Made by a program: the position numbers and the translations under genes. Below are positions 19,360 through 28,889 of a stretch of DNA of 64,000 nucleotides, piece after piece. A model generated the notes under the pieces. It ran no database searches and was not told the origin of the DNA. It saw only the letters and a program-made list of their open reading frames with translations. Positions within the stretch are counted from its first letter, which is position 1. The number at the start of each line of letters is the position of its first letter. The DNA is from Candidatus Enterousia sp. (GTDB taxonomy: Bacteria > Pseudomonadota > Alphaproteobacteria > Rs-D84), in the NCBI GenBank assembly GCA_045645645.1, contig JAZRJE010000020.1, forward strand, positions 2,249-66,248. The letters run 5' to 3'.

Positions 19360-20154
19360 TTACAAATCTGAAACTGATTTTGTTAATTTTTTTACTGTTC
19401 GTGTTAATTCACGAGTTGCAAAATTAATCTGTGGTAATACTTCTACGATTTCATCGGGTGATGGCGTAGATGTACGTGTGTGCGTAGACAGATATTCTTC
19501 AAGCTCATTAAAGATAGCATTTTGTGCTAATTGCATTTGAAGCCCTAAAAAACCTACAATTAAACTGCCTGCTAATCCCATCAGAGAACTGGTAAAAGCA
19601 GTTGCCATGCCAGATAATGGACGAACTAATCCAGATTGCATTGATGACATAACAGATTCGTCTGCAAAATTTAAACTGCCAATTAATTCTGCAAAACCAC
19701 CAATTGTTAATATTAACCCCCAAAATGTCCCCAGTAATCCTAAAAATATAAGCGTATTAGTAATGTATCGTATGGATTCACGTGAATCGTCCATGCGTAA
19801 CAGAATCATTTCTAGCATTCCATTCAATGTGTTAGCAGAAAGTTGCTTTGGGCGTGTGCTAAGCATCATTGCAACAGGTCTTAATAGGTGTGGTGGTAAC
19901 TGATTGGTGCGTTTGCCCTTGGTAAATTCAGTCAGCCATTTGTATTCTGGTAATAGTCGGAACATTTCAATAAAACATGCACCAATGCCAAAAAGGGTTG
20001 TTCCGATAATGATACCGTTTAACCATATGTTTGAAATAGCTATTTGCATAAAAAGTGGATAAAAAATCACCAGCAATGCCGTAATAAATGCAATGAAAAA
20101 TGCCATGCGATTAAGTGCGCTATGAAATTGCTTTGTCATATATTTATTTCTCAT
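19360..20154 (-). CDS. MotA/TolQ/ExbB-family proton-channel protein
   Basis: Multiple TM segments. LGLLGTFWGL...SGMATAFTSSLMGLAGSLIVG is characteristic of the family. It lies 29 nt upstream of the MotB-like gene. Confidence 0.7.
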   Translation of the reverse strand: MRNKYMTKQFHSALNRMAFFIAFITALLVIFYPLFMQIAISNIWLNGIIIGTTLFGIGACFIEMFRLLPEYKWLTEFTKGKRTNQLPPHLLRPVAMMLSTRPKQLSANTLNGMLEMILLRMDDSRESIRYITNTLIFLGLLGTFWGLILTIGGFAELIGSLNFADESVMSSMQSGLVRPLSGMATAFTSSLMGLAGSLIVGFLGLQMQLAQNAIFNELEEYLSTHTRTSTPSPDEIVEVLPQINFATRELTRTVKKLTKSVSDL

Positions 20155-20324
20155 CCATTCTTTATGATAAAATCATAGTAAATTTTTTTGTGATAAGTCA
20201 ATAGGGATTATTTGGAAATTTTTCTGTTAAAAATGCTTGATTTTTGTATAATTTTGTTCATAATAGTCATCGTTCCTGCTGGTGACAATGGTGTTGCCGG
20301 CTGATTAAACCATAGGAAAATAAA

Positions 20325-20663
20325 ATGGCTTACTATGAAAGTGTCTTGGTTTTTCGCCAGGACTTGACTGAGTCGCAGGTTAAAGAAAAAGCGACAAAAT
20401 TTAGCGAAATCATCAAAGAATTAGGCGGTAGTGTTAAATCTACGGAATTCTGGGGATTGAAGAACTTGGCTTATATTATTCGTAAAAATCGCAAGGCTCA
20501 TTATGTCATGTTGAATATCGAATTAGATGGTTCAAAAATTACAGAATTGGAACGTCGTTCACGTATTGATGAAGACGTTATTCGTTTCTTGAACGTACGT
20601 GTTGACGAATTGGCTTCAACACCTTCTATTATGATGAAGAAAAATACAGAGGAGGCAGAATAA
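20325..20663 (+). CDS. rpsF: 30S ribosomal protein S6
   Basis: [14 protein letters not shown]...[19 protein letters not shown]. Confidence 0.93.
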   Translation: MAYYESVLVFRQDLTESQVKEKATKFSEIIKELGGSVKSTEFWGLKNLAYIIRKNRKAHYVMLNIELDGSKITELERRSRIDEDVIRFLNVRVDELASTPSIMMKKNTEEAE

Positions 20664-20890
20664 TGGCAGTTCGTGCAGCAATTTATCGTAAAAAATCTAA
20701 CCCTTTGAAGGGAAAGGTTATTGATTATAAAGACATCAAAACATTGTCACACTATATTACAGAACGTGGCAAGATTGTTCCATCACGTATTAGTGGTGTG
20801 TCCCAGAAAGATCAACGTGCATTGGCAACAGCTATCAAACGTGCGCGTCATTTGGGATTGATGCCATTTGTTCGTAATAATTTGGGCTAA
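20663..20890 (+). CDS. rpsR: 30S ribosomal protein S18
   Basis: [50 protein letters not shown]; overlaps the rpsF stop (TAATG). Confidence 0.93.
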   Translation: MAVRAAIYRKKSNPLKGKVIDYKDIKTLSHYITERGKIVPSRISGVSQKDQRALATAIKRARHLGLMPFVRNNLG

Positions 20891-20991
20891 GATTGTGAAT
20901 GGTGCTTGTTTGTGTTCTGTGATGCATACAAGCATTTCACATATAAATATTTGGGAATTATCTCTAACTTACAAAAATAAGGACAGATAAA

Positions 20992-21579
20992 ATGAAAGTT
21001 ATTTTGACAGAAAAAATTAATAAATTGGGCAACATTGGCGATACAGTAGAAGTGAAAACTGGTTTCGCACGCAATTATTTGTTGCCAAATGGTAAAGCAA
21101 TGCGTTTTACACGTGAAAATGTTGCGTTGTTTGAAGCAAAGAAAGCAGAATTGACAGCTCGTCAGGAATCTGCAAAGAAGGCAGCAGAAGCAAATGTTGA
21201 AGCCGTGAAAAATGCAAAGTTGCATATGATACGTCAGGCTGGTGATACTGGTCAGTTGTATGGTTCTGTATCGACACGTGATATCGCACGTATGTTAAAA
21301 GAAGTTGCAGGTGTTGCTGTTGAATCAGCTCAAGTTTTGTTGGGTGCACCAATTAAGTCTGTCGGTGCATTTGATACAAAAATTGCATTGCATGCTGATG
21401 TTATCGTTCCTGTAAAAATTTATGTCGCACAGACACAGGATGAAATTGATGCGTTGGTTGCTGGTAAAACTTTGACTTTTGGTACTAAGAAAGTAGAAGA
21501 AGTTGAAGAAGAAGCGGTGGCTGAGGTTGTAAAAGAAGACGCTGTAACTGAAACTGCTGAAGTGTCAGATGCAGAATAA
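20992..21579 (+). CDS. rplI: 50S ribosomal protein L9 with an acidic C-terminal extension
   Basis: MKVILTEKINKLGNIGDTVEVKTGFARNYLLPNGKA; the C-terminus is rich in E/V/A. Confidence 0.92.
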   Translation: MKVILTEKINKLGNIGDTVEVKTGFARNYLLPNGKAMRFTRENVALFEAKKAELTARQESAKKAAEANVEAVKNAKLHMIRQAGDTGQLYGSVSTRDIARMLKEVAGVAVESAQVLLGAPIKSVGAFDTKIALHADVIVPVKIYVAQTQDEIDALVAGKTLTFGTKKVEEVEEEAVAEVVKEDAVTETAEVSDAE

Positions 21580-21597
21580 TTTTTTGTGAATATATAA

Positions 21598-21637
21598 AGA
21601 TCTCCCCCCCCCCCAGTGAAGGGGAGATTTTTATTTT
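21598..21637 (+). terminator. Rho-independent terminator containing a C11 tract
   Basis: ATCTCCCC ... GGGGAGAT stem followed by TTTTTATTTT; the loop begins with the C-run 21604-21614. Confidence 0.65.
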
Positions 21638-21651
21638 GCTAAGAACAATCA

Positions 21652-21679
21652 TTGACAATGATTTGTAATTGTCTAAAAT
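21652..21679 (+). promoter_or_regulatory. sigma70-like promoter candidate (TTGACA-16-TAAAAT)
   Basis: TTGACA at 21652-21657 and TAAAAT at 21674-21679. This would give a very short leader, or none, for the ATG at 21690. Confidence 0.4.
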
Positions 21680-21689
21680 GTGGCTCGTT

Positions 21690-22505
21690 ATGAAATTTGA
21701 TGTAGAGTTAGCTCGTTCTTCTTATGATTTGGATAGTGGCACTTATGTGGCAAGTAATTTTGCACAGTTTTCGCCAGCTTATGTCGTTACAAATGAAAAT
21801 GTTCGTGATGCGTTGGGGGTGTTGCAACCACATTTAGGGGCGCGGGTTTTGACTGTTGCGGGCAGTGGGGATCAGGCGTTGTTTTATAAATTGGCTGGTG
21901 CATCATTGGTTGATACTTTTGATATTACTTTTAATGCTAAAATGATGATGGATATTAAAACTGTCGCAATTCAAGTCTTGTCGCAGGTTGATTATATGGG
22001 GCTGTTACAAAAAATTAAGCATAGTCGTAATATAGAAAAAATTCCATACTATCAGCAAATAAAGGATTATTTGCCTGCTGATACCAGGGATTATGTAAAT
22101 CAAATGTCTGGGGTTTATTTGACGCGCGGAGGTTCTTATTTGGATAACGTGTTATATAAAAATGAATATGAAAAAGCGCGAGAATTGATAAAGAAACCGT
22201 TTAATTTTATATGGACTGATTTGACAGATTTGGCGTCACATTTAACACAAACGTATGATCAGATTTATTTGTCTAATATTTTGCAATATCGGACAGATCC
22301 TGAATATCTTATTGGTGTGATTGGTGGGTTGGTGCCATATTTAGCGCCACAAGGTAAAATATTAGTAAATATTGCACCATGGTTTAATGGTGAAGAATTG
22401 GCCACAATCAGGGCGTTGCAAAGAAATATGGAAGAATCAAATATTGCGATGGTTAATCGCGTTAAAAATCATTGGCATCATATGTGTATATTGAAAAAAA
22501 GATAG
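21690..22505 (+). CDS. Hypothetical protein, possibly a SAM-dependent methyltransferase-like / DUF3419-like fold
   Basis: ORF 21669..22505. RVLTVAGSGDQALFYKLAGASLVDTFDITFNAKMMMDIK resembles a class I MTase motif I region. The start is uncertain (TTG 21669, ATG 21678, ATG 21690). Confidence 0.35.
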   Translation: MKFDVELARSSYDLDSGTYVASNFAQFSPAYVVTNENVRDALGVLQPHLGARVLTVAGSGDQALFYKLAGASLVDTFDITFNAKMMMDIKTVAIQVLSQVDYMGLLQKIKHSRNIEKIPYYQQIKDYLPADTRDYVNQMSGVYLTRGGSYLDNVLYKNEYEKARELIKKPFNFIWTDLTDLASHLTQTYDQIYLSNILQYRTDPEYLIGVIGGLVPYLAPQGKILVNIAPWFNGEELATIRALQRNMEESNIAMVNRVKNHWHHMCILKKR

Positions 22506-22571
22506 CTGTAATACAGATTTTTACCTTTGAATTTTTATTAAAATATGTTAGAATTTGCGGTAAGAGAGAAT

Positions 22572-24419
22572 ATGAAATCACTGTACCGCATTTTGTTTTA
22601 TGTGATGTTTTTGTTGCCCAGTGTCGCTGGTGCTGCACCTGTTGCGACAACAGCAGGTAATAATTTAACTGCATATAATCCTAATTCAATCGGATCTGTT
22701 AATAATAATCAGTGGAATATGCTGATGAACAGTCGTACGGGTACTGAAAATGCGCCTGTGGCAGATTTTGGTAATTGTAATGCTTTGGTGTTGCGTTGTG
22801 CGCAACCAAAGTGTGCGACGGGTGGATGTACATCGATGGATATAACGGTGCCAATTGTGACGGGCTGTGTTATGGATAATGCGACCTGTAAGCAGCATGG
22901 TGATGCGTTAATTCAAACGATTGCTGCACAAGTTGTTGCAAATTCAAATGCAAAGGCAATGCAGGCTGCACAACAACAGCAAGCCGCTGCCGCCGCTCAG
23001 ACCAGCCAGCAAATGGTGCAAATGCAGCAGCAGATGAATATGCAAATGCAGCAAATGCAGCAACAGATGCAGGCGCAAAATGATGCAACAGTTGCGCAAT
23101 TACAGGCTGCGCTGGAAGAGCAAAAACAGCTGGCTGCCCAACAGCAACAAACGGTAACAGTTGCAACAGCAACGACGACTAAAGATGATACGTCTGCAAA
23201 TGGTTTGACCGCAGCACAACAAGAAGCAGCGGAACGTGGAATTGATGCAGATTTGTTGGTGCGTGAACAGGTTTCTGGAGAAATTTTATCGAAGCTGGAA
23301 AGTGCTGAAACTGCCTTAAAGGCATTAAAGGCATCGATGAAAGATACATTTGATTATGCTGGATGCGATTCCAAAGGAAACAATTGTGCTGGGCCAAAGC
23401 GTGTCAAAGTATTTAAGCAAAAGGCAATGAATTTCTTTGATCCATATAATGATGTGCTGGACGAATTGTATGATGCATTGATTACAGCTCAGGCGGTTGG
23501 TGTGGATATTACCGATATATACATGATGCTGAATGGGTCGTGTAATGTGTGGGGTGAATATTTGTGTTCGGATACTATACGTGCCTCGTATAACAATCAA
23601 AATTGCCCTAATGGCAAATCTGTACCATCACCGACAACACGTGGTGGTGCATCATGCAGTCTGAGGGCAATTATCGGTGCCGAAGACAGTCCTGCGTGTA
23701 CATTGAACCGTACGTTGAAAGATATGGAAGAGGTACAACGCAATTGGTTGGATGCAGAAGAGGGCAATCGTGATTCTACAGTGCGTATTGGGTGTGCGTC
23801 ATCTGCATTGGAAAGTTCGGCATTGTTCCGTAATCGCAAAAAGCAGGCTGATATTGATATAGAAGTATTAGAACGTATTATTGAACAAGATGCACCAGCG
23901 GTGTTTGGGCGTGTTTATGGTGGTGATGAAATAACAGTGGCGGATGCGTGGAAGTATTGTGCAGTTGATGGGGATGGTATGGAAGAACTGCAAAAAGCAG
24001 TCGCTATGAAAAAATTGCCAAATAAGGTGTGTGTCGGTAAACTGAAAGGTGTTCAGGTATATGCGCCACCTGTTGCAGAGAGTACAACGATAAAGTCTGA
24101 TTCGGTTGCAATTTATCGGGTTGATTGTACCAATAGTGTCTGGAAAAATACAGCACAGTGTAAATGTGAGTCGTCTGGTGGAACATGGTGGGGAAATGCT
24201 AGTGGATGCAGATGCGGTATGTTATTTGAATTAAAGGCAGGAGAGTGTGTTTTAAAAGGGGCGACTGAGTATGAAAAAACAAGTCGAGAGTTTTATTCTT
24301 CTATGTGTTCATGGCGTGGTGGAAATCCACGGTTGGATGGAAGTTGTGACTGTGCGAATGCGGGTGATAAATTTGTGGAATGTATGAAATTAAGTACAAA
24401 TGTAGTGGATGTAGAATAA
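22572..24419 (+). CDS. Cys-rich secreted protein with a Q/M-rich low-complexity coiled coil, family member
   Basis: TAAGAGAGAA precedes the ATG at 22572. Signal peptide MKSLYRILFYVMFLLPSVAGA. CNALVLRCAQPKCATGGC, then the QQQMNMQMQQMQQQMQAQ region; the C-terminal half is dense in Cys. Confidence 0.8.
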   Translation: MKSLYRILFYVMFLLPSVAGAAPVATTAGNNLTAYNPNSIGSVNNNQWNMLMNSRTGTENAPVADFGNCNALVLRCAQPKCATGGCTSMDITVPIVTGCVMDNATCKQHGDALIQTIAAQVVANSNAKAMQAAQQQQAAAAAQTSQQMVQMQQQMNMQMQQMQQQMQAQNDATVAQLQAALEEQKQLAAQQQQTVTVATATTTKDDTSANGLTAAQQEAAERGIDADLLVREQVSGEILSKLESAETALKALKASMKDTFDYAGCDSKGNNCAGPKRVKVFKQKAMNFFDPYNDVLDELYDALITAQAVGVDITDIYMMLNGSCNVWGEYLCSDTIRASYNNQNCPNGKSVPSPTTRGGASCSLRAIIGAEDSPACTLNRTLKDMEEVQRNWLDAEEGNRDSTVRIGCASSALESSALFRNRKKQADIDIEVLERIIEQDAPAVFGRVYGGDEITVADAWKYCAVDGDGMEELQKAVAMKKLPNKVCVGKLKGVQVYAPPVAESTTIKSDSVAIYRVDCTNSVWKNTAQCKCESSGGTWWGNASGCRCGMLFELKAGECVLKGATEYEKTSREFYSSMCSWRGGNPRLDGSCDCANAGDKFVECMKLSTNVVDVE

Positions 24420-24423
24420 ACAG

Positions 24424-25110
24424 ATGAAAACTAAATTAAAATTTTTTGTATTCTTGTTTATGCTTATGGCACCTTTGGTGTCGGGAGCGGCGTCTAATGG
24501 TTGTGATAATCCAGATAATGAATATATTGCGCCAGAATTGGCATTGTGTTCGACGCATGTGTATAACATTGGTTTACCGACAAACCCAACAGATGACACA
24601 AATCGTGGGTATATGAAGGATGTGGTTGCGTTAAAGACGACGATTATGACCCAGCAATTGAATAAACAGTATGAATATCTGGAATCGATGATACGTCGCT
24701 TTAAGACTCAATTGGAAAAAGCTATTTTGACAACAAAGTTGCAGACGTCTGGGGCGGGTGGTGCTTCGTCTGGTGGTTCGTCTGGTTTCAAATCGGATGA
24801 TAATTTTATTGTTTTGTCTGGAACGCAAAATTGCTTAAAAATGGTCACAATAGATGCGTCTTTGTCGTGTTTGCAGTCGAATGTACGTATTGCAATGGAT
24901 GCGGTGACAGCGGGAAATGTTCGTGATGCAAAAAAACAATTGGAAAAGGATGCAGAGGCAGCAAAAACAATGGAAATTACAGAAGATAGCTGTAATAGTA
25001 TGAATGCCTCAAAGAAAGATACGGTTTCAGGGTGTGCGACAGCTTTAAATTATAAATTGATGCAAAAGATAGATGATCGTTCGCGTGAAATGCAACGTCA
25101 ACGTCAATAA
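24424..25110 (+). CDS. Secreted coiled-coil protein with six Cys
   Basis: Signal peptide MKTKLKFFVFLFMLMAPLVSGA; starts 5 nt after the upstream stop. Confidence 0.7.
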   Translation: MKTKLKFFVFLFMLMAPLVSGAASNGCDNPDNEYIAPELALCSTHVYNIGLPTNPTDDTNRGYMKDVVALKTTIMTQQLNKQYEYLESMIRRFKTQLEKAILTTKLQTSGAGGASSGGSSGFKSDDNFIVLSGTQNCLKMVTIDASLSCLQSNVRIAMDAVTAGNVRDAKKQLEKDAEAAKTMEITEDSCNSMNASKKDTVSGCATALNYKLMQKIDDRSREMQRQRQ

Positions 25111-25125
25111 GTTTGTTGTTTGTAT

Positions 25126-25150
25126 AAAATCCCTGGTTTGGGATTTTATT
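25126..25150. terminator. Bidirectional Rho-independent terminator
   Basis: AAAATCCC-TGGTTT-GGGATTTT lies between convergent genes. Confidence 0.65.
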
Positions 25151-25151
25151 A

Positions 25152-25859
25152 TTAGTTTGTTTCAGTGCGTATTAATTGTGATTTTTTATACATTGTTTCA
25201 AATTGTTTTTCTGCATCGGCCAGTGTTTTGGGTGCGTCCCCTTGGGGGGCGGTGAAATCTGCACCGTTATGTATTATTAAACGTATGCCATCAGAATGTT
25301 CACAATCAATGTGGTATTTTGATTTTTCATATTTCTTGCCGTGGCAGCGACCGTTTTTTATACCGATATATTCTTCGTTCGCCAGTTCTTGGCATGTTGG
25401 TTCGGTGGAACGCAAAAGAATGCTGCCTGTGGCTAATTTTTCTGTTTCGTCAGAATAGAAAACGTTTTCTAAGATGCCTGGACAGAATACTTTGACTTGT
25501 TGGCCGTCTTTGGTGGCAAAAAGTCCGTTAGAAGATGTTTTGCGTGCGCCAAAACATTCGCCGTTTAATATATTTGTGTCATAATCTGCATTGATGTTCT
25601 TGCGTGCAGATATGTCTTTCTTTGTCATTGCTGTATTTTCAGTTGATACAGGATCTTGGGCGGCGCCACATATTATTTTTTGTCCCCAACATTCTGATGT
25701 TTTGTCCCAATATTCTGCTTCGAATCCGATACCCATTGTGGTATAGCAATTTGATGGATCTAAGCGACATATGGTGTCTTGTTCCCACCATTTGATGGCA
25801 CAATGTGCATATGTTGTATTAATAATGATTGCCAAGGATAATAAAGATATTTTTTTCAT
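25152..25859 (-). CDS. Secreted Cys-containing protein
   Basis: Signal peptide MKKISLLSLAIIINTTYA; ten Cys; lies 9 nt downstream of the 25869..28439 gene. Confidence 0.7.
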   Translation of the reverse strand: MKKISLLSLAIIINTTYAHCAIKWWEQDTICRLDPSNCYTTMGIGFEAEYWDKTSECWGQKIICGAAQDPVSTENTAMTKKDISARKNINADYDTNILNGECFGARKTSSNGLFATKDGQQVKVFCPGILENVFYSDETEKLATGSILLRSTEPTCQELANEEYIGIKNGRCHGKKYEKSKYHIDCEHSDGIRLIIHNGADFTAPQGDAPKTLADAEKQFETMYKKSQLIRTETN

Positions 25860-25868
25860 TTTTGGTTT

Positions 25869-28439
25869 CTATTGTTGTTGTGTTGTTGTGGTCGAAATAA
25901 GCGCATTTGTACAATAGCCCCATTCTGTATTTGCGCCTGTTTCATTGTAGAATACTTTATTTAATTCGTCGCCAGTAGCGTCGTGTTTTCCGTCTGCGTT
26001 ATTTGTGCATGTTTCATTCCCACTGGCGTTTGTTGTACAATTTATCTTACCTGATTTATCAACCCAGGCAGAATCAATCCACAGACCACCCAGACGTTCG
26101 CATTCTTCGGCCAGGTTTTTACCCATGTCTATTCTTATTTTATCCATTACAATGTTAACGTCTTGTAAAACATCAATTGAAATAGTGTAATTAGGATTAT
26201 TTGCATCGGATGGGCGTACACATGTTTGTAGCGCATAACGTACCAGACGTTGATACATACTGCCTGCATAATTGCCACAAGTGTTAAGCAGTTCTTCAAT
26301 GTTTGTTGATGGGTCTATTTCTGTTATCCCAGAAGTTGGTTCCGATGTGCCGCCAGGGCATCTGGTAGAGTTTGGATCGTATTCAGGGTATTTTGAACAT
26401 ATTTGACATTGATAGCCGCATTCATCAGAATCTCCAATAGGCAAGTCGTTTTCATCAGCAAGATAGTAACCAACGTGACAACTTGTATAACAACGTCCGT
26501 CTACGGGGCATGTATAAGTTGATGGCATGTTGGGGGTTATTTCTGTGATTTCAAATTCTTCATTAGTTGGTAGGTTTGATCCAGATGGAATGTATGCGTT
26601 GTTTGAAGAATTGTATCGATCCCATATTTGTTGGTTGCATTCTGCGTTTTGGGCGTATTTTTGTTCCCCTGGGGCGTATACGCGACATGCGTATGGATAC
26701 GAGTGTAATGTGTCGTTGCTGGGGGTCGTGCATAAATCTTGGGCATATTCTTCTAGTGCAGTTTTACAGTTTTGTGCAATCTTCGCGTCTGTAATTTCAT
26801 GCATTGCGACCACCAGTTCTTTTAATCCAATAGGGCCACCACCATATAGGTTTGAGCACGCATCTAATTTTTCACGACATAATTCTTCAGAAAGCTCTAA
26901 ACGTTGACCTAATAGCAGCTGTTCTTTAACATTGCTAAAGTCTTTTAATGATTGGTTTTGTTCGTCATAACATGTGGTTACTACATCCAGACACTCATTT
27001 TTTACCTGACGAATGCGTTCTTGCTGGTATTGGTATATTTCCGCTATTGATTGACGCAAGAATTCATCCCAGACTTGGTCGGATAAATCACGACATTTAT
27101 CCAGACTGTTCGCTGCAAATGAACGCATGCGATTCAATTCCGCCAGAATTAAGCGGTTTGTCTGATTTGATAGTACGTCACCAGATAATGATATTTGACC
27201 GTCTAGTTGGTAAAATTGAGGTGAATATATCGGTTGGCCTGTTTCGCGGTTTAAATAACGACCAGATACATCCAGACAATGAACAAAATTTGTGCCACAT
27301 GCATTTTTAGCTGTCAGATCGCGACGTACGTTGGCAACACATTCGTTGATATATACAGAATTATGTGAATTGTAATTGTCAAGACGTGCGGTGTGCATTG
27401 TTCGTTCCGTTTCGCGAACGCTACCCTTAGCTGCGTTTATTTTAGTGTCCAAATTGTTTGCCAATGCTGTACAATCGTTTTCAATATACATCCCATATGC
27501 AGATACAACCATATTTAGTGTAGCTTTTGATGAGCATGTTTCAGAAATCATAGCAACGCATTGGGAATGAACGGCGTTGTATAAAGCTTCACCACTAAGA
27601 TTTGCAATATTTGCGCCGTCGGCTAAATCGGTGGTGGACCAAATTTGTTTTATGTCGCCGCCAGCATCCAATGTACCAGCAGTGGATAGGGCTTGTGATT
27701 TTGTTTTGTTTAATACGTTTGTTATGTTTGATAGTTGTTGTGCTGATGCTGATTTGTCTTTGGATTGGGATGCTAATGCTTCGCCACTGCTGGCTGAAAT
27801 CATGGCCGTTACTTCTGCACCAGTTTTATCAATTACACTGATGTTAAAGTCATGAAAGTCTTGTAGTTGACTGGCCGTTTGTGATAATAAACTTTCTCGT
27901 TGTTTAATTTCGTTCAATCTGGAAGAACATGCACAACGACGATAGGATTCATTTTGAGCTGCGCAGAATTGATCCATACAGGTAAAGTATGCATCACGAC
28001 AGATATTGTATTCTGAACCAAATGTATTTGATTCCATTCCTGGTGTTACAACAGCAGCACGACTGACGCGTGATATGCTAGTTTGTTTTTTGTTTGTTGT
28101 GCGTGTACTGGCAATTTGCTTTCCAGTACGTGGCGCATTTTTTGCAGTTTGTTGTACCGATGGTCGCACAATAGTGCCACGAACAATGGTGTTGTTTGAG
28201 CGTTGTGTTTGAGATGTTATATTGCGAGATGTAACCTGTTGTGGACTGGTTTCACGTGGTGTGGTTGTGCGACTGACTGTCTTAGAAGAAGTGCGTGGGT
28301 TATTGTTTGTATTTCCACGGGTGACAATCTGGGGAGCTACGTTAGTGTTTCTGTTAACTGTATTTGCATCACGAACAGCAGCGTTGACAATGCCAACGCA
28401 TGAAAAACATGTCGCAATAAATAATGCCGTCTTTTTCAT
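25869..28439 (-). CDS. Large Cys-rich secreted protein, family member, with a basic T/R/N-rich disordered N-terminal region
   Basis: AAGGA SD. Signal peptide MKKTALFIATCFSCVGIVNA. CRDAYFTCMDQFCAAQNESYRRCACSS, CGTNFVHC, CLDVVTTC, CREKLDAC. Confidence 0.85.
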   Translation of the reverse strand: MKKTALFIATCFSCVGIVNAAVRDANTVNRNTNVAPQIVTRGNTNNNPRTSSKTVSRTTTPRETSPQQVTSRNITSQTQRSNNTIVRGTIVRPSVQQTAKNAPRTGKQIASTRTTNKKQTSISRVSRAAVVTPGMESNTFGSEYNICRDAYFTCMDQFCAAQNESYRRCACSSRLNEIKQRESLLSQTASQLQDFHDFNISVIDKTGAEVTAMISASSGEALASQSKDKSASAQQLSNITNVLNKTKSQALSTAGTLDAGGDIKQIWSTTDLADGANIANLSGEALYNAVHSQCVAMISETCSSKATLNMVVSAYGMYIENDCTALANNLDTKINAAKGSVRETERTMHTARLDNYNSHNSVYINECVANVRRDLTAKNACGTNFVHCLDVSGRYLNRETGQPIYSPQFYQLDGQISLSGDVLSNQTNRLILAELNRMRSFAANSLDKCRDLSDQVWDEFLRQSIAEIYQYQQERIRQVKNECLDVVTTCYDEQNQSLKDFSNVKEQLLLGQRLELSEELCREKLDACSNLYGGGPIGLKELVVAMHEITDAKIAQNCKTALEEYAQDLCTTPSNDTLHSYPYACRVYAPGEQKYAQNAECNQQIWDRYNSSNNAYIPSGSNLPTNEEFEITEITPNMPSTYTCPVDGRCYTSCHVGYYLADENDLPIGDSDECGYQCQICSKYPEYDPNSTRCPGGTSEPTSGITEIDPSTNIEELLNTCGNYAGSMYQRLVRYALQTCVRPSDANNPNYTISIDVLQDVNIVMDKIRIDMGKNLAEECERLGGLWIDSAWVDKSGKINCTTNASGNETCTNNADGKHDATGDELNKVFYNETGANTEWGYCTNALISTTTTQQQ

Positions 28440-28489
28440 CCTTAAATAATTATCTTTAATAATAACAAATAATCAAAAAAAATACTAAT

Positions 28490-28518
28490 AAAAAAATCCC
28501 ATCTGAGTGGGATTTTTT
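28490..28518 (-). terminator. Rho-independent terminator after infA
   Basis: ATCCCA-TCTGAG-TGGGAT flanked by an A-run and a T-run. Confidence 0.7.
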
Positions 28519-28759
28519 AATTTTGTTCTGTTGGTGACTTTGTTCGTTCGACAAATGTTATTCGTCCCTTGTCCAGGTCGTATGGGGTCATTTCAACGCG
28601 TACGCGTTCGCCAACGTTTACCCAGATGCGTGCCTTGCGCATTTTGCCGCATACGGTTGCTAAAATTTCATGTCCATTTTCAAGTTTTACGCGAAACATT
28701 GTATTTGGTAATTTGTCTTCAACTGTGCCGCTAAAAACAATAACGTCGTCTTTTGCCAT
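28517..28759 (-). CDS. infA: Translation initiation factor IF-1
   Basis: [69 protein letters not shown]. Confidence 0.95.
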   Translation of the reverse strand: MAKDDVIVFSGTVEDKLPNTMFRVKLENGHEILATVCGKMRKARIWVNVGERVRVEMTPYDLDKGRITFVERTKSPTEQN

Positions 28760-28889
28760 TTGTAATCCTTGTTAATTTTCTGCGAATAATGGTATTATGT
28801 TGACGAAAAAAAAGCAAGATTTTTTTATTTTCTTGTGTGTTAGTAAAATATTTGATAAAATTATCTTAAATTTTGTATGGGGGCTTATT

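Noticed and set aside
18218-20154. Zorya anti-phage system (ZorA/ZorB).
   Set aside because: In Zorya, the MotA-like ZorA carries the long tail, and ZorC/ZorD or other partners follow. Here the coiled coil is on the MotB-like subunit, the MotA-like protein is only 264 aa long, and no partner genes are adjacent.
28797-28889. ATG at 28797 as the start of the 28797..31064 ORF.
   Set aside because: The first 31 residues (MLTKKKQDFFIFLCVSKIFDKIILNFVWGLI) are not signal-like and lie in AT-rich promoter DNA next to infA. The GTG at 28890, after GGGGG, gives a canonical signal peptide like the paralogs.
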